This document shows positions 10,118-18,842 of a stretch of DNA of 64,000 nt, piece after piece; positions within the stretch are counted from its first letter, which is position 1; each line of letters begins with the position of its first letter. Under the pieces are notes generated by a model. That model had not been told where the DNA came from, made no database searches, and was given only the letters and a program-made list of their open reading frames with translations. Source of the DNA: Bdellovibrionales bacterium (lineage in GTDB: Bacteria; Bdellovibrionota; Bdellovibrionia; Bdellovibrionales; UBA1609). The stretch spans positions 163,117 through 227,116 of the forward strand of contig OZ251448.1 in NCBI GenBank assembly GCA_965242515.1, read 5' to 3'. Made by a program: the position numbers and the translations under genes.

Positions 10118-11300
10118 GTATCAGGGTGGAAAGCTTTGCGTTGTTCACAAAGCGGATAGAGTGTCGTTACTTTCTTTAGCACAAAAGATCCATCGCCCGG
10201 TTTATGTGTATGATTTAAATGGTATTTTAGATAGGTTAGTTTTTTTTAAAAAATGTGTGGCTCCTGCTCGTGTGTATTATGCTATGAAGGCTAATGCTCA
10301 TCCTGCTATATTAAAAGCTCTTTATGCACAAAACATAGGGGTTGATGTGGTGTCAGGAGGGGAGATAGCATTGGCACGGAAGATGGGGTTTTCAGACATT
10401 GTGTTTTCCGGTGTGGGTAAAACAACACAAGATATTACATTAGCTTTAAAAGAAAACATCTCACAATTTAATGTAGAAAGTGTGTCAGAATTAAAGCGGA
10501 TTGCTTATTTAGCGAAACAAACAGGCAAGCAAGCGAGGGTTGCTTTTCGCATCAATCCTAATATTAATGTTCACACACATCCTTATATTACCACGGGTTT
10601 GAAAGAAAATAAATTTGGTTTAGAAGAAGAGCATTTACCTGTTTTAAGAGATATATTGTTAAAGCACACCTCTTATGTTTCTCTATGTGGTTTGGCTTTG
10701 CATATTGGCTCTCAAGCTCAGGATTTAGAGCCTCTTAAAGTTAGTATTCAAAAAGTCAAATACTTATACCAAGAGTTACAAAAAGATTTTAATTTACAAA
10801 CTTTTGATGTGGGTGGGGGTTTGGGTATTGACTATAAAAAAAGTTTTGACATTGCATCAGACAATAAAATAATTAAAGAGTATGGTCAGTATTTACAACA
10901 AATAGCTTGTGATTTTAAGGGGCAGGTGTTGACAGAGCCGGGGCGGATTATTGTGGGGCGTTTTGGTTGTCTCATTGGGCAGGTGCAGTATATTAAGTAC
11001 AATGCTAGAAAAAACTTTGTTATTTTAAACACGGGCACACATCATCTTATGCGACCTTGTTTGTATCAGGCTTATCATCATATTGTGCCTTTATTGGAAA
11101 GTGATACAACAAAAGGTGAGGGCAAGGTGTATGATGTTGTGGGTCCTATATGTGAATCGTCTGATGTGTTAGGTAGGGATCGTGTGTTTTACAATTTAAA
11201 AGAAGGGGATTTTATGGCTGTGTTGGATGCTGGGGCTTATGGGAGGGTTATGGCTTGCACTTATAATGCCCACCCTTTGCCTGAAGAGCTTGTGATTTAA
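10107..11300 (+). CDS. lysA: diaminopimelate decarboxylase
   Basis: YAMKAN, HIGSQ, DVGGGLGI, EPGR and CES.D motifs. The homologous N-terminus begins at ..FEYQGGKL. GTG 10107 is preceded by GGTGGAG and overlaps the lysC end by 11 nt; the track ORF opens at 10047. Confidence 0.88.
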   Translation: MPFEYQGGKLCVVHKADRVSLLSLAQKIHRPVYVYDLNGILDRLVFFKKCVAPARVYYAMKANAHPAILKALYAQNIGVDVVSGGEIALARKMGFSDIVFSGVGKTTQDITLALKENISQFNVESVSELKRIAYLAKQTGKQARVAFRINPNINVHTHPYITTGLKENKFGLEEEHLPVLRDILLKHTSYVSLCGLALHIGSQAQDLEPLKVSIQKVKYLYQELQKDFNLQTFDVGGGLGIDYKKSFDIASDNKIIKEYGQYLQQIACDFKGQVLTEPGRIIVGRFGCLIGQVQYIKYNARKNFVILNTGTHHLMRPCLYQAYHHIVPLLESDTTKGEGKVYDVVGPICESSDVLGRDRVFYNLKEGDFMAVLDAGAYGRVMACTYNAHPLPEELVI

Positions 11301-11374
11301 CTTGTTGTGTGCCACATCTCACCTGCTTACAATTTAACATTTATAAAGCCAAAGTGGCAATTTTTTTGTGCCAC

Positions 11375-11435
11375 ACTTCGCTTGGACCCAAAAAAATTGC
11401 CTTTACCTCCATAAGTTAAAACATTATTTATTAGG
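11375..11435. repeat. B-module dispersed repeat (variant)
   Basis: CTTCGCTTGGACCCAAAAAAATTGCCTTTACCTCCATAAGTTAAAAC resembles 15450-15510 and the right half of 55990-56040. It is preceded by the small hairpin GTGGCA..TGCCAC (11355-11375). Confidence 0.6.
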
Positions 11436-11491
11436 GAGGACACTTCTGATGTTACTGGCTTGTATGCCCTACCACACTATCTATATTTAAC

Positions 11492-12583
11492 TTATCCGCA
11501 CCATTGGTGTAATAAGGAAGATTTTGATTTAATAAGCTCCATAATATCATTAACAATATTTTTGTTCACTACAATCTCTGTATGTCTCGTATTATACACA
11601 TGTGTCGTATCGAGTACTTCATTATAGAAATACTCCGTTTGTCCAGTGTAATAATAACTATCATCATACATGTCATAATTTTCATTTTTTATCACCTTGT
11701 GGTAATTCTTATATCCAGCTGAGCAATACGCGGTCCATCTATCATTATCCTCTATATCCACATCTGCCCCTCTTGCATTAACTAACTTTATAACAATTTC
11801 TTTATAACCACTGCCAGCCGCTAAGTGTAAAGGCGTTCTACCATCTTTATTTTGTGCATTTACATTAGCTCCTTTATGAATAAGCATCATACTGGTATCC
11901 ACATAACCATACTCAGCCGCTAAGTGTAAAGGCGTTTTACCATTGTTATCTTTAGCGTTTATATATGCCCTATAGTTTATAAGCATGACTACTGCTTCTG
12001 TTTGTCCATATTCAGAAGCTAAATGTAAAGCTGTTTTGCCTTGTTTGTTGGTAACATTTACTTCAGTGCCTCTTTCAATAAGTTCTTTAACAATTTTGGC
12101 ATGCCCATTTTTTGCAGCATAGTGTACAGCTGTTTGATCATAATTGTCTACAGCATGCATATCAGCATTTTGATAAATAAGTTCTTTAACAATTTTCATG
12201 TAACCATGTTGAGCTGCTAAATGTAAAGGGGTTCTGCCTGCATGGTTTTTTGCATGCACATTAACACTAGCTACTCGTAATACTGTTAAGCCCCAGTTGC
12301 TATCCTCATGTACCATAGCTTTAAAAAATAGTGGTGTGCTATTTTCTTTTCTAAGTGTTCTAAGTGCAACCTCCTCAACATTATCAGCATCAACAGCCCC
12401 AACCAGTACTGCTAGATCTTTCAGTGTCGGCTCTATACTGTCATATGTCGGTTCTGAGTCTGAGTCTATATCTGCTAATACTTCTGCTTCTGATGGTCCT
12501 GCTAATGGTGCTAGTTCTGCTGGTTGTATTTGTGCATAAGCAATAAAGCTTAAACAGCTTAATAAAATAACTATGTGTTTCAT
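11492..12583 (-). CDS. secreted ankyrin-repeat protein
   Basis: 363 aa with a signal peptide (MKHIVILLSCLSFIAYA/QI). Five to six ANK repeats are visible (GRTPLHLAAQHGYMKIVKELIYQNADMHAVD, GKTALHLASEYGQTEAVVMLINYRAYINAKD ...). The protein ends ...LLHQWCG. Confidence 0.9.
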   Translation of the reverse strand: MKHIVILLSCLSFIAYAQIQPAELAPLAGPSEAEVLADIDSDSEPTYDSIEPTLKDLAVLVGAVDADNVEEVALRTLRKENSTPLFFKAMVHEDSNWGLTVLRVASVNVHAKNHAGRTPLHLAAQHGYMKIVKELIYQNADMHAVDNYDQTAVHYAAKNGHAKIVKELIERGTEVNVTNKQGKTALHLASEYGQTEAVVMLINYRAYINAKDNNGKTPLHLAAEYGYVDTSMMLIHKGANVNAQNKDGRTPLHLAAGSGYKEIVIKLVNARGADVDIEDNDRWTAYCSAGYKNYHKVIKNENYDMYDDSYYYTGQTEYFYNEVLDTTHVYNTRHTEIVVNKNIVNDIMELIKSKSSLLHQWCG

Positions 12584-12670
12584 AATAAAATCTCCTTTTT
12601 TATAAAGTTTTTGCCAATTTATTAAGAAATTTATTATAAATAGTAATAATTGTATATAAAAAAACTTTTA

Positions 12671-12687
12671 GGGTGTAAAATATACAC
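12671..12687. promoter_or_regulatory. GGG-TGTAAA-N-TTTACA-type palindromic box
   Basis: GGGTGTAAAATATACAC; the core TGTAAA-A-TATACA at 12674-12686 is centred 97 nt upstream of the minus-strand ANK gene start (12583). AGGGTGT..ACACCCT also forms a longer inverted repeat around it. Confidence 0.35.
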
Positions 12688-12699
12688 ACATTGTGTGTT

Positions 12700-12778
12700 T
12701 TTGCAACACCCTACCTTTATCCAAATCCATAGACTAAATAAATATAACTTTAGAGGGGAAAAACCTCACTCCAGAGCT
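12700..12778. repeat. linker module + solo A-module end
   Basis: CCTACCTTTATCCAAATCCATAGACTAAATAAATA (linker) is followed by AGAGGGGAAAAACCTCACTCCAGAGCT at 12752-12778. That second part matches the terminal inverted repeat of the 60130-60288 and 55696-55810 elements. Confidence 0.65.
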
Positions 12779-12795
12779 CATAATGATATTAAATA

Positions 12796-12828
12796 TAAAA
12801 AAAAAGAAGGCTTTAAAAAAAACCTTCT
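12796..12828 (-). terminator. rho-independent terminator after gene 12868..13746
   Basis: AGAAGG (12805-12810) pairs with CCTTCT (12823-12828), with further inner pairing. On the minus strand the hairpin is followed by a U9 run (complement of A-run 12797-12805), 40 nt past the stop codon. Confidence 0.6.
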
Positions 12829-12867
12829 TTCTTTAACTTAACTGTTTAAAAGTTATAGTATGTGTTG

Positions 12868-13746
12868 TTATTGAGAACTACCATATCGTCGTTTTAATCT
12901 AGCAGAGAATAAGTCATCTTCATTCCCTTTATAAGGGTTGCTGAAATGGTCATAAGGTGCAGGCGTAACTTTTTCAGCATCTTTTCTTGCATCTGCTTGT
13001 TTAGTTTTAGGGAATGCCGAAGGTGCCAAGTTGCAAGACTCCCAACTGCGATACTTGCAAAATAACTCCCATCCCACAAGATGCATTTCACCTACCATGG
13101 CGTCAAATTGTGCAGTACCTACATTGTCTAATATCTTTGCAACATTTCTTTCATCAGGGTTATCTGCTAAATATTTTACTAATTTACGAATCACATAGCC
13201 ATTAAAGTTATCTTCTGGTTTCAAACTGTTGGGATTATGTGTTTGTTGAATACGCTCAAGAGCATTCAAAGCATCTCTTCGTACGTAGTAATCAAGCTTT
13301 TTATTTGTTGCCATATAAGCTAACCTTTCGTGTATGATATGGTCTTTAGGTTGCCTAGATCCTAAAAGCTTTATCATATCTCTTACATGGTATTCATCAG
13401 TCTCGTAAGGTAAAACCTCTTCCGATAATGTACGCATAACTTGAGAGTCATCCACTGTACTATATCTTAAAGTGTCTAATGCATGGCTACGCTCCCGGTT
13501 GCTACTATCATATTTTAAAGTATGAAAAATACTTTGCACTTGCTCTGAGTTAAGATCCTTATTATATTTATATTTTTTAGATCCTTTTAGCTCTGTCCAA
13601 TCAGTGTATCTGTCTTGAACTTTTCTCTTTCCTTTTCTGCATGACCAGAAATTAAGCTTGCATCCTGTACTTCTAATATCTGTAGCAAAAGCCATAGATG
13701 GTACAATAAGCCCCATACTGATTAAATAGATGATAAGATGTTTCAT
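12868..13746 (-). CDS. secreted HEAT-like repeat protein (hypothetical)
   Basis: 292 aa with a signal peptide (MKHLIIYLISMGLIVPSMAFA/TD). CKLNFWSC follows directly after the predicted cleavage site. Helical-repeat segments resemble HEAT/PBS-lyase repeats (YYVRRDALNALERIQ, RERSHALDTLRY). Confidence 0.6.
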   Translation of the reverse strand: MKHLIIYLISMGLIVPSMAFATDIRSTGCKLNFWSCRKGKRKVQDRYTDWTELKGSKKYKYNKDLNSEQVQSIFHTLKYDSSNRERSHALDTLRYSTVDDSQVMRTLSEEVLPYETDEYHVRDMIKLLGSRQPKDHIIHERLAYMATNKKLDYYVRRDALNALERIQQTHNPNSLKPEDNFNGYVIRKLVKYLADNPDERNVAKILDNVGTAQFDAMVGEMHLVGWELFCKYRSWESCNLAPSAFPKTKQADARKDAEKVTPAPYDHFSNPYKGNEDDLFSARLKRRYGSSQ

Positions 13747-13837
13747 TTTACTGCCTCCTTATAAAAAGATTTAAGTTAATGTTTAATTTTTAAAAATATT
13801 AGCACTTTTTTACTATAAATCAAAATATTTTTTATTT

Positions 13838-13855
13838 GGGTGTGTAAAATTTGCA
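13838..13855. promoter_or_regulatory. GGG-TGTAAA-N-TTTACA-type palindromic box
   Basis: GGGTGTGTAAAATTTGCA; the core TGTAAA-A-TTTGCA at 13843-13855 is centred 103 nt upstream of the minus-strand start at 13746. Confidence 0.35.
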
Positions 13856-13871
13856 CTAGTTATGTAAATTA

Positions 13872-15146
13872 TTAACACCATTTAAATAATTTTTTACAGT
13901 TTTGATAAGATTCTTCTAATTCTTGCTCATGCTGATGTATTTTTGTTAAAGTGGTGTTGATGTGTTGTAAAATAATAGGGTTTTTTTCTACTTCTTGTTG
14001 TTCTACTAGTAGTGCGTAAATATCTTGTGTGTAAAAATGCTGATAAGAGGATTGTATGTTGTTAATAGCTATGGCTACCTCTAAGCGTACATCTGGATTA
14101 GGGTCATTTAACTTATTGGTTAATGCTGTAAGAATGTGAGGGTTATTTGGCTTAATCATTCCTAAAGCCCAGGCACATCGAGCCTGTTTTTTCTTGTAAG
14201 GAGCATTATTTAAACATTCTGTTAATTTTGCATTAGTTAAAGGTGCATCAATACGACCAAAACCTAATAAATCAATAGTAATGCTTTGTACGTGAGCTTT
14301 TTGGTGTGATATAAGATCCGCTAACATGTTAATAATAACAGGATGATAGGTACGTATTTTTTGTAAAGCTATCATTACAGCATGTTGTATGTGTGGATCA
14401 TCTAAATACTTTGTGAGTTTTACCAAAATGTCTAAATTGTCTGGTTTAATAACCCCTAAAGCCCAGGCTGCATTAGTTCGTACATGTTTTTTTTTATGAT
14501 TTAAAGCATTAACTACTATTTGATGTACCTTTAAATTTTTAGGTTGTAATTTCCCTAAAGTCCAAGCCCCTAGCCAACTAATATGCTTGTTTTTGTTAGA
14601 TATGTATTTAGCTAATGTGGTATGTACGGTTAAATTGCTTGATTGCGTTACCGCTAAAGCCTCTGCCATTGTTGCTCTGACATGCCAGTTAGGAGATGTC
14701 ATATTTTTTACTAATGTTAAATGAATGGCATGTTCTTTGGGTTTAATAACTTTTAATACCCATGCACAGTGCATCCTGGCATAATGCTTTTTGTAAGATA
14801 AACATTGGTGTAATTTTTTAATAACAGATTTGTCTGTAGGGTGGATGGTTTTTAATGCTTCAGTAGCGACATTCCTTGCAGGTAAATAAGAATCATTTAA
14901 CACAGTTATTAAACTTAATTGCACTTTCACATCATTAGGGTAGGTTTTAGCTAAATCATTGACTGCCGATATACGCTTTTTTAATTGCCGAGATGATAAC
15001 TGCTTTATTAATTGCTTTTTAGATTTGGTAGTTACTGGCTTTTCTGAAGAAAAACCTTGAGCAGTACTCATTTTTTTTGCTTGTACAATATTATGATGTA
15101 ATATAATTACAAACAATAATAAAATAATTTTAATTATGGCTTTCAT
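13872..15146 (-). CDS. secreted HEAT-repeat protein
   Basis: 424 aa with a signal peptide (MKAIIKIILLLFVIILHHNIVQA/KK). About 9 repeats have the pattern ..HVR..AAWALG.IKP.N (KKKHVRTNAAWALGVIKPDN, KKKQARCAWALGMIKPNN, DPNPDVRLEVAIAINNIQ). The protein ends ...QNCKKLFKWC. Confidence 0.85.
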   Translation of the reverse strand: MKAIIKIILLLFVIILHHNIVQAKKMSTAQGFSSEKPVTTKSKKQLIKQLSSRQLKKRISAVNDLAKTYPNDVKVQLSLITVLNDSYLPARNVATEALKTIHPTDKSVIKKLHQCLSYKKHYARMHCAWVLKVIKPKEHAIHLTLVKNMTSPNWHVRATMAEALAVTQSSNLTVHTTLAKYISNKNKHISWLGAWTLGKLQPKNLKVHQIVVNALNHKKKHVRTNAAWALGVIKPDNLDILVKLTKYLDDPHIQHAVMIALQKIRTYHPVIINMLADLISHQKAHVQSITIDLLGFGRIDAPLTNAKLTECLNNAPYKKKQARCAWALGMIKPNNPHILTALTNKLNDPNPDVRLEVAIAINNIQSSYQHFYTQDIYALLVEQQEVEKNPIILQHINTTLTKIHQHEQELEESYQNCKKLFKWC

Positions 15147-15255
15147 ATTTTTGTAAAATTTTATTTTTATTGGTTTTAGTAATGCTTACTTCTTATTCTT
15201 AATAAGACTTTAATATTACATTTTAAATAAAAATCAATAAGTTATTATTTAATGA

Positions 15256-15272
15256 TGTAAATTTTACACCCC
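15256..15272. promoter_or_regulatory. GGG-TGTAAA-N-TTTACA palindromic box (perfect arms)
   Basis: The minus strand reads GGGGGGTGTAAAATTTACAT. The core at 15256-15268 is a perfect 6-1-6 palindrome, centred 116 nt upstream of the start at 15146. Confidence 0.45.
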
Positions 15273-15429
15273 CCAACCATTTTTGTACCAAATTTTATCA
15301 TATTCCATCCCTGTAGATACTTTTAAATACATCCAAGGTAGGTGTGTTATTTTGATGTTCCTGCTTGCACCTTCTACATCATTGCCGATCAATATCACTT
15401 AATAATAAATATCACTGTTTAATTATAAA

Positions 15430-15510
15430 GAGGGAAAGGGTGATTTTTTAAGGGTCCAAGCGAAGCGTCCCTATAAAAAATTTACCCTTTCCCTCCATAA
15501 GCTAATAAAC
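15430..15510. repeat. B-module palindromic repeat (full copy)
   Basis: GAGGGAAAGGGT (15430-15441) and ACCCTTTCCCTC (15484-15495) are inverted repeats flanking AAGGGTCCAAGCGAAGCG. That inner sequence is the reverse complement of the CGCTTGGACCC core seen at 4106, 11380 and 51675. Confidence 0.7.
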
Positions 15511-15535
15511 AACATAATATTTCATTGTACTTGTG

Positions 15536-16627
15536 TTATTTAGCACTTTGATAAACACTGATAGAGCCTGAGTGACTTTTTAAAGACACATGCCCTTTGT
15601 ATTTTGCCAAAGTGCTTTTTAGGCGACCTTGTGAGCGGTCCACTCCCCCTGTTTTTATGCGGTTAAAGTAATGAGGGGTGTGGATTTTACCTTCCCAGCT
15701 TTCTGCCGTCACCCATGCTTGAGAATAAGGTATATCTAAAGAAATACGCCCTGTTTGTGTTTCTATATTAACTTTTTTAGGATACACTCCCCCTGTTATG
15801 TGTGCCGCCTTTGTTTTGCCAGAGATAGAGCCAATAAAAGGTTTAAGTCGTAAAAAACCTTGGTTGATATAAAATTGTAGCTTTCCGGTAAAGTGTTTAA
15901 TTGTGTCGTGAGCTTTAAAAGTGTTTAAAAAAATCTCTCCCCTAGAATTTTCAATATGTGTTTGACCTTTAAAATGATGGACCTTAATAGTACCTTTACA
16001 GGATTGGACATTGAGTTGAATGTTTTCGCCTTGTACTGTCAGTAGCCCTTGGTGTGATTCAATATGCACTTTGCCTGTTGCTTGAAACACCTGCACCTTG
16101 CCTTGTGTGTTAGATATGTTGACATCTCCTTTACCCGGGACAGACACAAGTAAATTGGTTGGTTTTAAACCTTGCACTGTGATGTTCCCGTTAAATGCTA
16201 AGATGTGTAGAGGTAAAGGGGGTACGGATAAAGTAATAGCTGTGGATTTTTTATTGTTCGGATGGGGAGAGGGAAATTTTTTATCGGATAAAATAAATAC
16301 ATTGTTTTTTGTGCTTTGTTTTAAAGAGCTAAACCATGTTTTTTGTTCGTTTAGAACTAACATTTTTATATCTGTTGTAGGTTGAGATTTTTTTTTTACA
16401 AGTTTTATTTTTAAGGGTTGCACTTTTAACTGTGCGTTGTGTAGTTGGATGCGGATGGAATGAATGCTTTTAGAAAGAGGGTAAGTAACACTATTTTGTG
16501 CAATTTTCCCTTCAGCTGATAGAGAAAAACAAAAAAGTATGAAGAAAAAAAAACTGCCTTTTTTACTCCTTGTTATTTTCACCCTCGCTATTTCCCCTTT
16601 TGCTATTTTCACCCTTGCTATTTTCAT
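15536..16627 (-). CDS. DUF4097/toastrack-like beta-helix protein, N-terminally anchored
   Basis: 363 aa with a hydrophobic N-terminal segment (GSFFFFILFCFSLSA). The C-terminal two-thirds consist of repetitive short beta-strand units (GDVNISNTQGKVQVFQATGKVHIESHQGLLTVQGENIQL...SHSGSISVY), typical of DUF4097 putative adhesin/LiaF-like domains. The family call is from memory of the pattern. Confidence 0.55.
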   Translation of the reverse strand: MKIARVKIAKGEIARVKITRSKKGSFFFFILFCFSLSAEGKIAQNSVTYPLSKSIHSIRIQLHNAQLKVQPLKIKLVKKKSQPTTDIKMLVLNEQKTWFSSLKQSTKNNVFILSDKKFPSPHPNNKKSTAITLSVPPLPLHILAFNGNITVQGLKPTNLLVSVPGKGDVNISNTQGKVQVFQATGKVHIESHQGLLTVQGENIQLNVQSCKGTIKVHHFKGQTHIENSRGEIFLNTFKAHDTIKHFTGKLQFYINQGFLRLKPFIGSISGKTKAAHITGGVYPKKVNIETQTGRISLDIPYSQAWVTAESWEGKIHTPHYFNRIKTGGVDRSQGRLKSTLAKYKGHVSLKSHSGSISVYQSAK

Positions 16628-16796
16628 CCTTACTTGCTTCCCACTGTGATTGCCCTCGTTATTACTGCTACCTATACCTTTGTTACTTTTTGTGTTGATG
16701 ATAAGAGAAAGACCCTTGTTCGTCCTACTCTGTCCTGCTCGTCTTTTTGCTCGTACCCCGTTCGCCCTATTTTGCCTTGTTCACCCTCTATTCGTT

Positions 16797-17279
16797 CTAC
16801 TTGCCTTGGGCTTTGCGTCTTTCTACTTCAACAAATACTTTTGAGTAGATATTTTGGTACATTTGAGGGTTGACAATTTCTTGCCCTTTTGTGCTACCTG
16901 TGTTATAAGATTGTACTTGTTGGATAATAATACGGGATTCCACATAGTTTTTTCTAATAGCTTCTAAATTAACAGAGATACTGTATTTTGTATCTGTTTG
17001 GTACATTTTTGCTCCACTGAGGATGGCCATTGTTGTCATACCAGCACCTACGGGTTTAGATGTTTGTGCTACAATAAGCCCACCACTCATATCTTGGTTG
17101 TTGATGATATAACCTTCATCTTGTAGTACTGTTTTAAAAGCTCTAAAAACATGGTTATAGCTGGCGTTAAAATGCTTTACTTGCATCGACCTTCGTTGTT
17201 GAGGTGATAATTGTGTGGTTACACAAGCTGTGGTAGTGATAAAAAATGTTGTTATAAAAAATAGTGAATATTGTCGCAT
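16797..17279 (-). CDS. putative lipoprotein (hypothetical)
   Basis: 160 aa with a signal peptide ending ITTTAC (lipobox-like Cys). I recognise no family. Confidence 0.5.
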   Translation of the reverse strand: MRQYSLFFITTFFITTTACVTTQLSPQQRRSMQVKHFNASYNHVFRAFKTVLQDEGYIINNQDMSGGLIVAQTSKPVGAGMTTMAILSGAKMYQTDTKYSISVNLEAIRKNYVESRIIIQQVQSYNTGSTKGQEIVNPQMYQNIYSKVFVEVERRKAQGK

Positions 17280-17309
17280 TTTATTCCTTTCATTATTTTA
17301 TGTATGTTT

Positions 17310-17750
17310 TTAAAATTGAGCACTTACCACAGAATAGTCTAACACAATGTCTTGGTCGTTAAATACAATAATAAGATCAAATGTTGAGGAAGTTGCAGAA
17401 GAAAAAGCCTGCGAGCCACCGAATAAAATAAGCCCCCCACCTGCACGGCTTGCTTCTGTTTTAAAAGACTGCTTGCTGTAAGTCCATATTTCTCTACCTT
17501 GCTTGTTTTTAGTGATGATATTAGGCGAACCTAGTAATTGTACGATTTCAGCTTGAGAAGTAACCCCTTTTTGTATCTCTGTTTTGATAATACCTACGGT
17601 GAGGTTGGATTTTTGAGGTGTTTCTTCTAATGTGGTGCAAGATACTGCACATAAAATAGCCCACCCGCTTAAAAATAAAGCTTTAGCGAACATTGGTAAA
17701 AATGGGGTTTGAAGCTTGTTTGTGGCATTTATGGCATTTATGGCATTCAT
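17310..17750 (-). CDS. SmpA/OmlA (BamE-like) domain lipoprotein
   Basis: Contains ...LSGWAILCAVSC (lipobox), then GIIKTEIQKGVTSQAEIVQLLGSPN...GREIWTY, a BamE-like fold signature. The true start is probably ATG 17693 (MFAKALFL...), in which case the 9-nt repeats at 17715-17745 would be 5' UTR. Confidence 0.6.
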   Translation of the reverse strand: MNAINAINATNKLQTPFLPMFAKALFLSGWAILCAVSCTTLEETPQKSNLTVGIIKTEIQKGVTSQAEIVQLLGSPNIITKNKQGREIWTYSKQSFKTEASRAGGGLILFGGSQAFSSATSSTFDLIIVFNDQDIVLDYSVVSAQF

Positions 17751-17929
17751 GGGGTTATTATGATCAAGGGTTTATGGTTTTGTCAAGGGTGATCAAGGGT
17801 GAATAGTAAAAAAAAGTAAAATATTGCCACAAAGTGTTATGATTTTTTTTAGGCTTGCTTTTTGATGAGGATAGTTTATAAAGTATGTTTTTTTGCGAAA
17901 TTGTAAATTTTTTAAAGGAGGTTATCGTT

Positions 17930-18754
17930 ATGCCGTGTGTAATTTTTAGTAGTTTTTTATTAGTATTTTCTGGTTGTGTAACTACTACAACGGGTGTGGG
18001 TGTTGAAGGGGAAGTGGCAGTAAATTTAACAGATCAGTTAAGAAATATGTCTCATTCAGGAAGGGGTGGTCGTATAAGTAAAAAGCAGGTGAATATGACG
18101 TTCTCAGGCTTTGGGGTGAAAAAGTTTTCGCGGGGTTTAAGTGGGAAAGTGACTACTGATACGAATACTACTAATTTATCGGAATTATCTTTAGAACAAA
18201 AAATGAGTGATTTACGATTAAAGGTGTCAAACTCAGTAGAGCATTCTAATCGTTTAATACTTAAGAAAGAAGAGATTACCAATAAGTGGCGGAAGTTAGC
18301 AATAGAGTTAAGTAAATTACGAAAACAAAGGTTATTAGTGATAGATGAAAATAAATTTTTAGATCACTTAGATATGCTATTAGGGGAAAAGCAACTACTT
18401 ATTCTGCAGGAGCAAGCTAGTTTAGAAGAGCAAAAACTGGAATTACAGGCTAAAGTGATGGAAACTATATCAAAATTAAGTGCAGTTAATAGTCAGTTGC
18501 AGGCAGGTTCGAGTGATTTTAAAAAAGACGATGGAAGTATCCAAAAAAAATCTCCAAAGTATTTAGATAACGATTTACAAATAAGAGAGTATTTTAAACT
18601 TATATCTGATATTACTGTATTAGCTACTGCTTTTTCTAATGTGTTAGAAAGATATAATAATTTATCTCAAGAGAACAATGTTATTTTAGAGCAGTGGGTA
18701 CAAACAGTAGAATCTGTTATAAAAAAAGCTCATATTAGAAACAGCCAGCTTTAG
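17930..18754 (+). CDS. coiled-coil lipoprotein (hypothetical)
   Basis: The start is set at ATG 17930, with AAGGAGG 8 nt upstream. The signal/lipobox is MPCVIFSSFLLVFSGC. The remainder is heptad-rich (LRKQRLLVIDENKFLDHLDMLLGEKQLLILQEQASLEEQKLELQAK). Confidence 0.6.
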   Translation: MPCVIFSSFLLVFSGCVTTTTGVGVEGEVAVNLTDQLRNMSHSGRGGRISKKQVNMTFSGFGVKKFSRGLSGKVTTDTNTTNLSELSLEQKMSDLRLKVSNSVEHSNRLILKKEEITNKWRKLAIELSKLRKQRLLVIDENKFLDHLDMLLGEKQLLILQEQASLEEQKLELQAKVMETISKLSAVNSQLQAGSSDFKKDDGSIQKKSPKYLDNDLQIREYFKLISDITVLATAFSNVLERYNNLSQENNVILEQWVQTVESVIKKAHIRNSQL

Positions 18755-18842
18755 CCTTAAAAAAGTAGTATTGTAGAAAAAGGCTTTATTTTTTTAAAAA
18801 AAACCTTGACATATTGTATCAACATGTTACTAATAATGTATT

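Noticed and set aside
16634-16873. Two overlapping + strand ORFs (79 and 64 aa, Pro/Leu/Cys-rich)
   Set aside because: They arise from the pyrimidine-rich strand of the spacer and from the antisense of the 3' end of gene 16797..17279. They are low complexity and have no ribosome-binding site.
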